Origin: Hormiphora californensis
Taxonomy: Eukaryota > Animalia > Ctenophora
Assembly (NCBI GenBank): GCA_020137815.1
Contig: CM035357.1
Span: forward strand, 8,184,001-8,248,000
Direction of reading: 5' to 3'
DNA: 64,000 nt
Shown here in pieces: positions 50,085-62,810 of the stretch. Positions within the stretch are counted from its first letter, which is position 1, and every line of letters starts with the position of its first letter. A program made the translations under genes and the position numbers. Under the pieces are notes generated by a model. It saw only the letters and a program-made list of their open reading frames with translations. It did not search any database and was not told the origin of the DNA.

Positions 50085-51695
50085 CGGCCCACGTAATTGG
50101 GCCAGGGTAGGACTAAAATTTTTTTACCAAATGTTTTAGAATGAGGAACTCATTCTAGGGGTAAACTATTTGAAAATTGGATTTGATTTATGAGTTGAGA
50201 AAAATAGCACACCCAGTGTGTGTTGTTGCGTGTGCAGTGCACACGCAACACACACTGTGCAGTAGTTAGGGCGTGTGTACTGTGTAGTGATGTAATGTTC
50301 ACACTGTGTGCGTGTGACTAGAAAGTGTCTAATTTTTCACATACCACTGCAACGGTATTTTACTTTATAATTACTAGTGTTTTTGCAGTGGTCTAAGTTT
50401 TCACAGTACACTGTAACCGGTGGTCTAAGTGGTTAGACCACCGGAAACGGTGTACTGTGAAAACTTAAATAACCGGTTAAAATTGTCTAATTGTTATTAG
50501 TTACACGCGATAAGCGACTTAGTGCACCAAAACACAAGGATTGTCTCTGTAGTATGCAGTATAGCAATGTCCGCTATATTGGGAGAGGTGGGAGGGGGAG
50601 GGCGGGTGGGGGTGGGGCGGTGGGTAATATTAGACCAGAATGTTCCTCGACAGTGGGGGGGGGTACGAAAAGATAAGAAGTGATACTGAGTGTGAGAAGG
50701 GAAAAAGGGGGGAAAGAGATGAAACAAAAATGACGACGCGAAAGCAAGAAATCATAAACACAGAACACACGGATTTGAGAGAGTGCAAGAGATAGATGAA
50801 CGAGATTGGGATCGGGAGGCGCTCATGCGTGACAGACCTCCAATTTGATTAGCTGCACTGACAAAGTTCGTGATTGGGGGCGGGGATATTAGACCAGAAT
50901 GTACCATGAATCAGGAAAACAACTTTTCAGTTTTTTTCTTTCTTTTTCAGAAATTTCAGTTTTTAGAATTTTACTTTTCTATTTTATTTTTTGTATTTTA
51001 TTTTTTGTATTTTTCTTTTTCGGTTTCAGGTTTTAGTTTTTAGATTTTTATTTTTCAAAATCCAAATTTTAAAGAGATATTCAGATTAAAACAAAGGAAT
51101 TAGAGGTAAACAAGGAATTTATAACACAAAACAGTTGAAATATGCGGGGTAGCCATTTATACCACCATTATAGGCCTCCGCCCTGTTATTGATTTTAGAG
51201 CAAACTTTTTCAAAGACCTGGCTGCAAAGAACTACTGAACCGATTTGCTTCTCGTTTGTTGCCACTCTGGCAGATAATTGTCTTTAGTTTTACGAAAAAT
51301 ACCCGTGAGTATCAGCATTTGGGGAATAGTGGGTCAAAATTGACTCTAAACATAGGTAATTCTTTAAAGACCTGGCTGCAAGCTCCTACTCGGTCCTGGG
51401 ACAATCTGCGGGTACTGGGTGAATCTTCATGGCCATGTGAGCATGGGAAAATACCCGCCGATTCATCACGATGCGAAATGAGGCGGTAATTGACGTTTGA
51501 GTAGTGCTAGGTCAGCTGAAAAGGTCTCCAAAAACAGTCTGTCGCGTGGGATTTGCTGAAAAACGTGCTTTACATCGTGCGCACGTGAGTTCTTGCTGTC
51601 CACAGGGCGAGAGCCTATTCTTCGCGGAGCGAGAATAGGTTGCAATGGAGCCAAGGCTCTCTAGTCATACCAAAAAGGAGAGAAACTATATAGTA

Positions 51696-52658
51696 CGGTG
51701 GCAGATTCCGGCCAAGAGTTTTTTCAATCAAGTGAAATATTTTTGTTTGAAGTTTTATAAAAATTTTATTTCAAAATAACAATAAACATGTTGTTAAAAT
51801 TATTGGCCGGAATCTGCCACGTGAGTGCTAGATCTCGGCTAAAATTCTAAAAAACCTTGGCCAGAATCTGCCAACCACGTGGCAGATTCCGGCCAACAAA
51901 CTGAAACTTACTTATATCAAAGCGAAAACCGCTGTACCCGACTAATTTTGATACGCTGAATCACGTAAGCAACTTTTGCAATCCCTCAGAGGTCGGGAAA
52001 GTGTCCTAATTGAGCATAATAGGGTCTAATTGGCCCCACTTACAAATGTTCCCCTAGAAACGATAGACGCTTATGTGAAGGCACTTTTCCGACTAATTTT
52101 GATACGCTGAATCACGTAAGCAACATTTCCAAGCCCTCCGAGGTCGGGAATTCGGCCTAATTAAGTATAATCAGGTCTAATTGGCCTTAATTGCTCAATA
52201 ACGGCAAATTCCCGACCTCGGAGGGCTTGGAAAAGTTGCTTACGTGATTCAGCGTATCAAAATTAGTCAGAAAAGTTCCTTCACATTAGCGTCTATCGTT
52301 TCTAGGTGAACATTTGTAAGTGGGGTCAATTAGACCATATTATGCTCAATTAGGACACTTTCCCGACCTCTGAGGGATTGGAAAAGTTGCTTACGTGATT
52401 CAGCGTATCAAAATTAGTCGGGTACAGCGGTTTTCGCTTTGATATAAGTAAGTTTCAGTTTGTTGGCCGGAATCTGCCATGTGGTTGGCAGATTCTGGCC
52501 AAGGTTTTTTTAGAATTTTGGCCGAGATCTGCCATTCGCGTGGCAGATTCCGGCCAATAATTTTAACGACATTTTTATTTTGAAATGAAATTTTTATAAA
52601 ACTTCAAACAAAAATATTTCACTTGATTGAAAAAACTCTTGGCCGAAATCTGCCACCG
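51696..52658. mobile_element. About 960-bp palindromic MITE with TA flanks; related fragments at about 3400-3740
   Basis: ta-CGGTGGCAGATT...AATCTGCCACCG-ta; arms about 455 bp. Confidence 0.88.
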
Positions 52659-52761
52659 TAATGTAGTACATACCAAAAACCAATTAAATTGGTTTAGATA
52701 ATCTGGGGCCCAATGTTCACCACGATTGATTAGATTGATATTTTACCCTTTTTACTTTTAG

Positions 52762-52984
52762 GCGTTGACTGACGTGACTGAACACTTCCGATCTTTATAC
52801 CATTCCGAGAGAACCTGTGGGAAAGTGGAGATTGAAATCAACCTTATAAATCAATCAGCTTCATCGCAACGGTCAAAAATAAACGAAGGAGTACACTGTT
52901 ATGATAATGTTAAAATCAAACCTGTTTCACCTTCTTTCTCCCCGGGGTCTAGTATAGGATCTCCTGGCACAACTCCTTCACCAG
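52762..52984 (+). CDS. LSM11: Coding exon E: end of Sm1 (ALTDVTE) and the Ser/Pro-rich Sm1-Sm2 loop
   Basis: Acceptor tttacttttag, phase 0; ALTDVTEHF continues Sm1 from exon D. Donor CCAG|gtcagt. Confidence 0.85.
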
Positions 52985-53019
52985 GTCAGTTATTGATTTT
53001 TTTAGTGGTATTAATTATT

Positions 53020-53737
53020 GGTAGGCGGACTCTAGTGCTACACTCTAAGTCTACAGTGGACTCTACCATGGATACATGGAATAGAGAACACCTGCATTGG
53101 CTTAAAAACAGGAATTTAGGTTCATTAATGAATTTCTGCAGTTTTGGACTTGAAACTCTGTACACATATCTGGCATATAAGCTCAACAACATTGTGTCAA
53201 AATTTCAGAACCATTGGAATTAAGGTGCCGGAGAAATCTAAGATTTTAGACCCTCCCTTTTTATTGGCCCACACGGTATATCTAAATTTAGATTTAGATA
53301 AAGAGTCCAAATAAGTCTAAACTCTAGGAGGACTCTATATCTAAAAAGTCTACACAGGGCGGACTCTTTATCTAAAAATTCTACAAAGGGCGGACTCTAA
53401 ACTAGACATAGAGTCCGCCATTCTCAGCGAACTCGAGATTTCGGCCGTTAGGCCGGAAACGAGAGTTTGCTGTACCTCTATACTTGTTTAGAAGTGTTAG
53501 GGCCATTATTTGGGTTCGAGGTTAGGGTTAGGGTGGGGGTTAGGGTTAGGTTTTGGGTTGGTTTAGGATTTTAGACATAGAGTCCGGGTTGGGGGATTTG
53601 GCGCCAAAATGTACCTGGGGACTCTATGTCTAAAAAGTCTACACAGGGCGGACTCTATGTCTAAAAAGTCTAAATTAGGCGGACTCTTTATCTATAACTG
53701 TAGATAAAGAGTCCGTTAGCACTAGAGTCCGCCCACC
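53020..53737 (+). mobile_element. MULE-like MITE, 9-bp TSD, with a nested Tc1-like end fragment (about 53066-53277)
   Basis: ttaattatt-GGTAGGCGGACTCTAGTGC...GCACTAGAGTCCGCCCACC-ttaattatt. Confidence 0.88.
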
Positions 53738-54284
53738 TTAATTATTGTGTGTCAGCTTTTACTGTGTTGCCTGTCGTTGAGTGTTTATATGGTGATTGAA
53801 CAGAGACTCGCGACCTATTCCGAGCCATTTTGTCAGACGTTGAATACAAGAGTTTAAACAATATTTTTGACCTTGGAAGGGGGAAGTTGACAAAAGAGAG
53901 AGCGTGAAGAGAGATTGTTACAGTAGCCTACATACTGGAATTCAATCACCTATTTTTAGAGAACTAGGGAACGTGAACCCTTCAAGTAGACCAACTAAAC
54001 AGTGAAAAATCACCTTTTTGCACGAATTTGAGCCGTTTTACGCCATAACGCGTTCATTTCTCAACCATTTTTGGAAATCTTGAGCTCATTGGAAAGAGGA
54101 AGTTAAACTCTTTCCAAAGAGCTATGAAATTTGCAGATTGGCTAAGAAATTAATTTGCATGTGCAAACTGAGGTCCGCTATCCCACTCCAAGATCTCCTA
54201 TTAAACTGCACGTGCAAATGCTGAGCCATCATCACTACCTAGACTAACCATCTGCCTTTTTAATAACTAGAAAGCCCGTTGTAG

Positions 54285-54797
54285 TAGGGTAAACCGGGGC
54301 AATTCGAACAACCGGGGCAATTCGAACAACGTACTGCCCGTCTTTCACCTAGTTAAGCTATCATAATGACGTCATCCTATCTCCCGAAGAAAACTGCTCG
54401 TTCGAGCCTGCCCGTTACCACTAAATAGGCTCTAGATCCGGCTTAATATTATCCAGCTAATAATATTAGCTTTCAGATGGTATAAAAATTATTTAAATAT
54501 TCGCTATATATGTTTTCATTCCAAATTCTGGTAAATTAAGATTACCGGGGCAATTCGAACCACCGGGGCAATTCGAACTGGGGCAATTTGTTTAGTGAAC
54601 CGGGCCAATGATGTGCAGTTCTTTGTACCACGTGATACCGGGGCAATTCGAACAAGAACGACCAGCGTGTAGATTACATTGTTCGAATTGCCCCCACCTC
54701 TAACAACACCAGGCGGGAATCTTCTTCTGGTGTTGTGAGGACGTTCACGTGACGAAATAAAGCACTCCTATTGGTGTTGTCCGAATTGCCCCGGTAC
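54285..54797. mobile_element. MITE-like remnant with ccggggcaattcgaac subterminal repeats
   Basis: The motif is repeated about 6 times forward and twice inverted. Confidence 0.5.
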
Positions 54798-55869
54798 CAT
54801 TTTTTCCGACCAAAATTTTTAAATTAGTTATTTAGTTAAGTAAATGATGGTGCCTAGAGTTGAAATTTATCTTATTTGAAAGATAAAATAATGAACTTTA
54901 ATCCTATATAATTTTTTTATTGTATCTTTTGGTGGTGAGGGCGGTGTCTTTTTAAGCCCACCCAGGGGTCAGGAAATCTCTACTTCACTCTCTCTCTCAT
55001 ACCACTGTTTCTTATCCCTGGCCCAAGATCCGTCGGGGGTGAAATTAGTTCACTCTACACGGGGTGCCACTGTTTTATAGCTAAACCCCACGGCTCGAGA
55101 CAAGATACAGTCGACAAAATCCACTTACAAGTACTGGGAAATCATAGCTGCAGCCCATGCGTGTAAGTGCATCACATAGCTCGCTCCCACACCACATCTC
55201 TCTGCCACATCTCTGCCACAGGACTCGATCACGTCACGGCGGCAACACAGGAATTCGTCAGTGTGACCCGGCATACCCCGGGGTAAAACAGAAGTTTTCG
55301 TGTGGCCTTACCGCGCCCTCTCACCGTCTTTTTCCCTCTTGCGGTACCTCAGGAATCTTCAAGGGTGACCCGGCATACCCCGGGATAAACCATGAAGCTC
55401 CCAGGGGATCTCCACCGCCTTCTCGGTACCACAGGAAACAGTCAGAGTGACTCGGCATACCCCGAGGTAAATCAGGCCAACCCAGTGGACAAATACCTCT
55501 CTGTCCCACCTCCTTCCTCACGAACACATCACCTAGTTTCCCGCTCTTTTCTACTTTCTATGTTAAATAGGAACCCCCCCCCCCCCCCCCCGATCCCTTC
55601 CCTGGGACACATGCGGACCACCACTACCCGTCAGTTAGTGGTGGATCCGGTTTAAACCCGTAAACTGAGCAACTTGGGCATATCACAACGCGGCAGTGTG
55701 AGAAACCCGTAGTTATACTACACATAAAAATTGCCCCGGGCCTGACTCGTTAAATCAGACAATGGTGGGATTTTCACAGGCAGAGTGAGAAACCCATCTA
55801 TAAACCAAAATGAGAACTGCCCCGATTAAACCATATCGCACGTCCACCACCCACACCATGGGGGACAGA

Positions 55870-56465
55870 GCTAATAAACTTTTAAAACGGCACAATAAAA
55901 CCCAAAAACTAGGTACAAATATACCACAACCTAAGAATTGTGAAGGTGAAGGCACACACAAACATTGAAGGAAATGAGATCGCAGACGAACTGGCAAAAA
56001 AAGCAACAAAGGAAAGTTAGTCGACAAAAAACAAGATCGGGCCAAACAAGGCAATCATAAAAATAGAACTGCAGAAGTGGTTCAAAAGTGAAAACTTAGA
56101 ACAACTCAGAAATAAAAACTACAACAACTTCACAACAGCAATACTAACCAAAATCTACAGAGATTACGGAACTATAAGATTTAAAGACAAACCCAAAGTA
56201 AGACAGATGATCCGAGCAGAATCAGGACAAAACGACCTAGCATCATCAAGAAACCACAGGGATAAGGATATAAATCCAAACTGTGAACTATGCGGAATAA
56301 AAAAATTCAGAGCATGTTTTAATACATTGCCCCCGGTTGGAAGAACTAAAACACAAACTTGACTACAAAACCATTAAAGAAGAGGTATACGGAGACAACC
56401 ACCTAGACCTCCCAAAACATACCAAAGTCATAACAAAAAGAGGACTATTCCGCAAAAAAAATTAA
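55870..56465 (+). mobile_element. Degenerate LINE 3' fragment with RNase H end and zinc knuckle
   Basis: Manual translation gives VKVKAHTNIEGNEIADELAKK (about 55938-56003) and CELCG..SEHVLIHCP with a frameshift. Confidence 0.7.
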
Positions 56466-56495
56466 CGACGTTTGAAACAAACGACCAGGGGCAAA

Positions 56496-57185
56496 AACCA
56501 TTCGGGGCCTGGCAAGGCCCCCCGACCCGAAAATAACCCAAACTCAACCCATCCCCCCTAAAACATCCCCCCTAAAACTAAAACAACGGGGCCGAGCCGA
56601 CAGGCCCTTAATACCAGATGAAAAAAACCATAACCATTCGGGGCCTGGCAAGGCCCCCCGACCCGAATATAACCCAAACTCAACCCATCCCCCCTAAAAC
56701 ATCCCCCCTAAAACTAAAACAACGGGGCCGAGCCGACAGGCCCTTAATACCAGATGAAAAAAAACCATAAACCATTCGGGGCCTGGCAAGGCCCCCCGAC
56801 CCGAATATAACCCAAACTCAACCCATCCCCCCTAAAACATCCCCCCTAAAACTAAAACAACGGGGCCGAGCCGACAGGCCCTTAATACCAGATGAAAAAA
56901 AACCATAAACCATTCGGGGCCTGGCAAGGCCCCCCGACCCGAATATAACCCAAACTCAACCCATCCCCCCTAAAACATCCCCCCTAAAACTAAAACAACG
57001 GGGCCGAGCCGACAGGCCCTTAATACCAGATGAAAAAAAACCATAAACCATTCGGGGCCTGGCAAGGCCCCCCGACCCGAATATAACCCAAACTCAACCC
57101 ATCCCCCCTAAAACATCCCCCCTAAAACTAAAACAACGGGGCCGAGCCGACAGGCCCTTAATACCAGATGAAAAAAAAACCATAA
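56496..57185 (+). repeat. About 137-bp satellite, 5 copies (2 more at about 60176-60450)
   Basis: Unit aaccattcggggcctggcaaggccccccgacccgaa...cccttaataccagatgaaaaaa. Confidence 0.93.
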
Positions 57186-59693
57186 AACCATAACCATAAC
57201 CATAACCATAGATATTTTTAGAGTGAAAGTTTTGAAGCCCCCTGAAGTAGTAGAGAGGTGTTCTATGGCTCGTTGGAAAGGTCTCGAGGTCCCGCGACGT
57301 ATAGGGGGTGTGGCGATGGCCATACCCAAACCTATAAGGGGTAGGACGCGAAAAACAGTCAAAATAAGGGGTATACAGAACTCGGCAATTAGAAGGAGTA
57401 GAAAGGTGTTCTAGGGTGCGTTCGAAAGCTCTCGAGGTGCTGAAGTAATTGGAATGTAATTGGAAGTAATTACATGTAATTAAAGGGTAATTACATGTAA
57501 TTAAAGGGTAATTACATGTAATTAAAAGGTCTAAATGACCCCAAATGACAATTCAGACATATTTTGACACATTTGGAGGCCCTGAGACCAGCGGGTGGCC
57601 AAATTTAATCCGGTTTCGGGTCGGCTGACGTAAAAACTCCGCGTTTTGGTCGAGGTAAACCATAAACCATAACCATAGATATTTTTAGAGTGAAAGTTTT
57701 GAAGCCCCCTGAAGTAGTAGAGAGGTGTTCTATGGCTCATTGGAAAGGTCTCGAGGTCCCGCGACGTATAGGGGGTGTGGCGATGGCCATACCCAAACCT
57801 ATAAGGGGTAGGACGCGAAAAACAGTCAAAATAAGGGGTATACAGAACTCGGCAATTAGAAGGAGTAGAAAGGTGTTCTAGGGTGCGTTCGAAAGCTCTC
57901 GAGGTGCTGAAGTAATTGGAATGTAATTGGAAGTAATTACATGTAATTAAAATGTAATTACATGTAATTAAAGGGTAATTACATGTAATTAAAAGGTCTA
58001 AATGACCCCAAATGACAATTCAGACATATTTTGACATATTTGGAGGCCCTGAGACCAGCGGGTGGCAAAATTTAATCCGGTTTCGGGTCGGCTGACGTAA
58101 AAACTCCGCGTTTTGGTCGAGGTAAACCATAAACCATAAACCATAACCATAGATATTTTTAGAGTGAAAGTTTTGAAGCCCCCTGAAGTAGTAGAGAGGT
58201 GTTCTATGGCTCATTGGAAAGGTCTCGAGGTCCCGCGACGTATAGGGGGTGTGGCGATGGCCATACCCAAACCTATAAGGGGTAGGACGCGAAAAACAGT
58301 CAAAATAAGGGGTATACAGAACTCGGCAATTAGAAGGAGTAGAAAGGTGTTCTAGGGTGCGTTCGTAAGCTCTCGAGGTGCTGAAGTAATTGGAATGTAA
58401 TTGGAAGTAATTACATGTAATTAAAATGTAATTACATGTAATTAAAGGGTAATTACATGTAATTAAAAGGTCTAAATGACCCCAAATGACAATTCAGACA
58501 TATTTTGACATATTTGGAGGCCCTGAGACCAGCGGGTGGCAAAATTTAATCCGGTTTCGGGTCGGCTGACGTAAAAACTCCGCGTTTTGGTCGAGTAAAC
58601 CATAAAACCATAAACCATAAAACCATAGATATTTTTAGAGTGAAAGTTTTGAAGCCCCCTGAAGTATTAGAGAGGTGTTCTATGGCTCGTTGGAAAGGTC
58701 TCGAGTTCCCGCGACGTATAGGGGGTGTGGCGATGGCCATACCCAAACCTATAAGGGGTAGGACGCGAAAAACAGTCAAAATAAGGGGTATACAGAACTC
58801 GGCAATTAGAAGGAGTAGAAAGGTGTTCTAGGGTGCATTCGAAAGCTCTCGAGGTGCTGAAGTAATTGGAATGTAATTGGAAGTAATTACATGTAATTAA
58901 AATGTAATTACATGTAATTAAAGGGTAATTACATGTAATTAAAAGGTCTAAATGACCCCAAATGACAATTCAGACATATTTTGACATATTTTGAGGCCCT
59001 GAGACCAGCGGGTGGCCAAATTTAATCCGGTTTCGGGTCGGCTGACGTAAAAACTCCGCGTTTTGGTCGAGGTAAACCATAAACCATAAACCATAACCAT
59101 AGATATTTTTAGAGTGAAAGTTTTGAAGCCCCCTGAAGTAGTAGAGAGGTGTTCTATGGCTCATTGGAAAGGTCTCGAGGTCCCGCGACGTATAGGGGGT
59201 GTGGCGATAGCCATACCCAAACCTATAAGGGGTAGGACGCGAAAAACAGTCAAAATAAGGGGTATACAGAACTCGGCAATTAGAAGGAGTAGAAAGGTGT
59301 TCTAGGGTGCGTTCGAAAGCTCTCGAGGTGCTGAAGTAATTGGAATGTAATTGGAAGTAATTACATGTAATTAAAATGTAATTACATGTAATTAAAGGGT
59401 AATTACATGTAATTAAAAGGTCTAAATAACCCCAAATGACAATTCAGACATATTTTGACATATTTGGAGGCCCTGAGACCAGCGGGTGGCAAAATTTAAT
59501 CCGGTTTCGGGTCGGCTGACGTAAAAACTCCGCGTTTTGGTCGAGGTAAACCATAACCATAAACCATAGATATTTTTAGAGTGAAAGTTTTGAAGCCCCC
59601 TGAAGTAGTAGAGAGGTGTTCTATGGTTCGTTGGAAAGGTCTCGAGGTCCCGCGACGTATAGGGGGTGTGGCGATGACCATACCCAAACCTAT

Positions 59694-59827
59694 TAAGGTG
59701 AAAGCGAAACAACAACGAACTGGCTGCGCGTCGCGCATTCGTTGCGCATAACGATCTCACCGGAGAGATTCACATGTGCAACGTTGCGGGACGCGCAGCC
59801 AGTTCGTTGTTGTTTCGCTTACACTTT
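59694..59827. mobile_element. About 132-bp palindromic MITE inserted in one satellite unit
   Basis: aagcgaaacaacaacgaactggctgcgcgtc / gacgcgcagccagttcgttgttgtttcgctt; absent from sister units; TSD ambiguous (TA or TAT). Confidence 0.8.
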
Positions 59828-61603
59828 ATAAGGGGTAGGACGCGAAAAACAGTCAAAATAAGGGGTATACAGAACTCGGCAATTGGAAGGAGTAGAAAGG
59901 TGTTCTAGGGTGCGTTCGAAAGCTCTCGAGGTGCAGAAGTAATTGGAATGTAATTGGAAGTAATTACATGTAATTAAAGCGTAATTACATGTAATTAAAG
60001 GGTAATTACATGTAATTAAAAGGTCTGCATGATCCCAAATGACAATTCAGACATATTTTGACATATTTGGAGGCCCTGAGACCAGCGGGTGGCCAAATTT
60101 AATCCGGTTTCGGGTCGGCTGACGTAAAAACGCCGCATTTTGGTCGAGGTATTATATAAACCATATTATCAAATAAATTCGGGGCCTGGCAAGGCCCCCC
60201 GACCCGAATATAACCCAAACTCAACACATCCCCCCTAAAACATCCCCCTACAACTAAAACAACGGGGCCGAGCCGACAGGCCCTTAATACCAGATGAAAA
60301 AAAAACCATAACCATTCGGGGCCTGGCAAGGCCCCCCGACCCGAATACAACCCAAACTCAACCCATCCCCCCTAAAACATCCCCCCTAAAACTAAAACAA
60401 CGGGGCCGAGCCGACAGGCCCTTAATACCAGATGAAAAAAAAACCATAAACCATAAACCATAAAACCATAACCATAGATATTTTTAGAGTGAAAGTTTTG
60501 AAGCCCCCTGAAGTAGTAGAGAGGTGTTCTATGGCTCGTTGGAAAGGTCTCGAGATCCCGCGACGTATAGGGGGTGTGGCGATGGCCATACCCAAACCTA
60601 TAAGGGGTAGGACGCGAAAAACAGTCAAAATAAGGGGTATACAGAACTCGGCAATTAGAAGGAGTAGAAAGGTGTTCTAGGGTGCATTCGAAAGCTCTCG
60701 AGGTGCTGAAGTAATTGGAATGTAATTGGAAGTAATTACATGTAATTAAAATGTAATTACATGTAATTAAAGGGTAATTACATGTAATTAAAAGGTCTAA
60801 ATGACCCCAAATGACAATTCAGACATATTTTGACATATTTGGAGGCCCTGAGACCAGCGGGTGGCCAAATTTAATCCGGTTTCGGGTCGGCTGACGTAAA
60901 AACTCCGCGTTTTGGTCGAGGTAACCATAAACCATAACCATAGATATTTTTAGAGTGAAAGTTTTGAAGCCCGCTGAAGTAGTAGAGAGGTGTTCTATGG
61001 CTCGTTGGAAAGGTCTCGAGGTCCCGCGACGTATAGGGGGTGTGGCGATGGCCATACCCAAACCTATAAGGGGTAGGACGCGAAAAACAGTCAAAATAAG
61101 GGGTATACAGAACTCGGCAATTAGAAGGAGTAGAAAGGTGTTCTAGGGTGCGTTCAAAAGCTCTCGAGGTGCTGAAGTAATTGGAATGTAATTGGAAGTA
61201 ATTACATGTAATTAAAATGTAATTACATGTAATTAAAGGGTAATTACATGTAATTAAAAGGTCTAAATGACCCCAAATGACAATTCAGACATATTTTGAC
61301 ATATTTGGAGGCCCTGAGACCAGCGGGTGGCAAAATTTAATCCGGTTTCGGGTCGGCTGACGTAAAAACTCCGCGTTTTGGTCGAGGTAACCATAAAACC
61401 ATAACCATAGATATTTTTAGAGTGAAAGTTTTGAAGCCCCCTGAAGTAGTAGAGAGGTGTTCTATGGCTCGTTGGAAAGGTCTCGAGGTCCCGCGACGTA
61501 TAGGGGGTGTGGCGATGGCCATACCCAAACCTATAAGGGGTAGGACGCGAAAAACAGTCAAAATAAGGGGTATACAGAACTCGGCAATTGGAAGGAGTAG
61601 AAA

Positions 61604-62036
61604 CAGGGCTGGCTCCAGGGGGGTGATGCGGGGGGTGCACACCCCCCCCCCCCCCAAAATTCTTGGCAGCTAAGCTGCCAAGACTGTCTGAGACCATTTG
61701 CATTGGGAAACCACCCCAAAAATACAAAATATTCAGTAAAATTTTTGACTGATCACAACCGAATTTAAATCACCTAGTGAACATCACTGAGTGAGAGAGA
61801 GAGAGAGCATTGTAGCATTCAAAAATCTAGAAAGTAGACGTCACAAATGATTAAAAACCCTAAAATTTGCTTGATTTAGTTAAAAAAATCCCCCCCCCCC
61901 CCTGGGCGGAGCTCCCTACGCACGGAGCTCCCTGGGCGGAGCTCCCTACGCGCTCCGGTCGCAAATGCTACTATTAGGGAACAGGGGCATTCGGCCACTG
62001 CACCCCCCCAGAAATATCGGGCTGGAGCCAGCCCTG
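61604..62036. mobile_element. hAT-like MITE, 8-bp TSD
   Basis: agtagaaa-CAGGGCTGGCTCCAG...CTGGAGCCAGCCCTG-agtagaaa; the empty site is visible in sister satellite units. Confidence 0.92.
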
Positions 62037-62376
62037 AGTAGAAAGGTATTCTAGGGTGCGTTCGAAAGCTCTCGAGGTGCTGAAGTAATTGAAATGTAAT
62101 TGGAAGTAATTACATGTAATTAAAATGTAATTACATGTAATTAAAGGGTAATTACATGTAATTAAAAGGTCTAAATGACCCCAAATGACAATTCAGACAT
62201 ATTTTGACATATTTGGAGGCCCTGAGACCAGCGGGTGGCAAAATTTAATCCGGTTTCGGGTCGGCTGACGTAAATATATACATATAGTATTATTTCCCAA
62301 CCTTATAGCTGGACCTCATTTTGCATCGGTTTACCCTAGAGAACCCGTTGACCCGAATCCCCACGCTCTCACTCAC

Positions 62377-62810
62377 GGTAGGCGGACTCTAGTGCTAACG
62401 GACTCTTTATCTAAATTCAAGGCGGACTCAATATCTAAAAGCGGACTCTTTATCTACAGTTATACTTTGAAAAAGATAAAGAGTCCGCCCAATGTAGACT
62501 TTTTAGACATAGAGTCCGCTGGTATATTTTGGCGCCAAATCCTCCAACCCGGACTCTATGTCTAAAATCCTAAACCAACCCTAACCTCGGACCCAAATAA
62601 TAGCCCTAACACTTCTAAATTAGTATAGAGGTACAGCAAACTCTCGTTTCCGGCCTAACGGCCCTTTTTAGATAAAGAGTCCGCTCTGTGTAGACTTTTT
62701 AGACATAGAGTCCTCCTAGAGTTTAGACTTATTTGGACTCTTTATCTAAATCTAAATTTAGATATAGAGTCCACTGTAGACTTAGAGTGTAGTACTAGAG
62801 TCCGCCTACC
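62377..62810 (-). mobile_element. MULE-like MITE (third copy, reversed, internally deleted), 9-bp TSD
   Basis: ctcactcac-GGTAGGCGGACTCTAG...CTAGAGTCCGCCTACC-ctcactcac. Confidence 0.88.

Larger units (their letters stand above)
4764..52984 (+). other. LSM11: Partial multi-exon gene: LSm11-like protein with a very long N-terminal extension (5 exons seen; start codon and last exon(s) not identified)
   Basis: Five GT-AG bounded open exons with compatible phases (0/1, 1/0, 0/1, 1/0, 0/1). The spliced product reads ...KGKNVLDFMI-A-KKDGPFGLLQRAM...[30 protein letters not shown], matching recalled LSm11 (NVLTRM...[30 protein letters not shown]). Confidence 0.85.
57186..62272 (+). repeat. About 470-bp satellite, 9 copies, interrupted by two 137-bp units and two MITEs
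   Basis: Units start atagatatttttagagtg at about 57208, 57675, 58149, 58625, 59099, 59567, 60474, 60940 and 61407; internal gtaattacatgtaatta repeats. Confidence 0.95.

Noticed and set aside
53804-53907. Candidate terminal exon (phase 1) ETRDLFRAILSDVEYKSLNNIFDLGRGKLTKERA* as Sm motif 2
   Set aside because: KSLNNIF only faintly recalls RHINQIF and lacks the IRG(D/E)N core; the acceptor is weak. The true Sm2 exon is probably beyond the window.
57223-61673. Repeated 63-aa ORF MKVLKPPEVV... as a tandem gene family
   Set aside because: GTG start inside the satellite monomer, no recognisable domain, and disrupted by MITEs; a by-product of the repeat.
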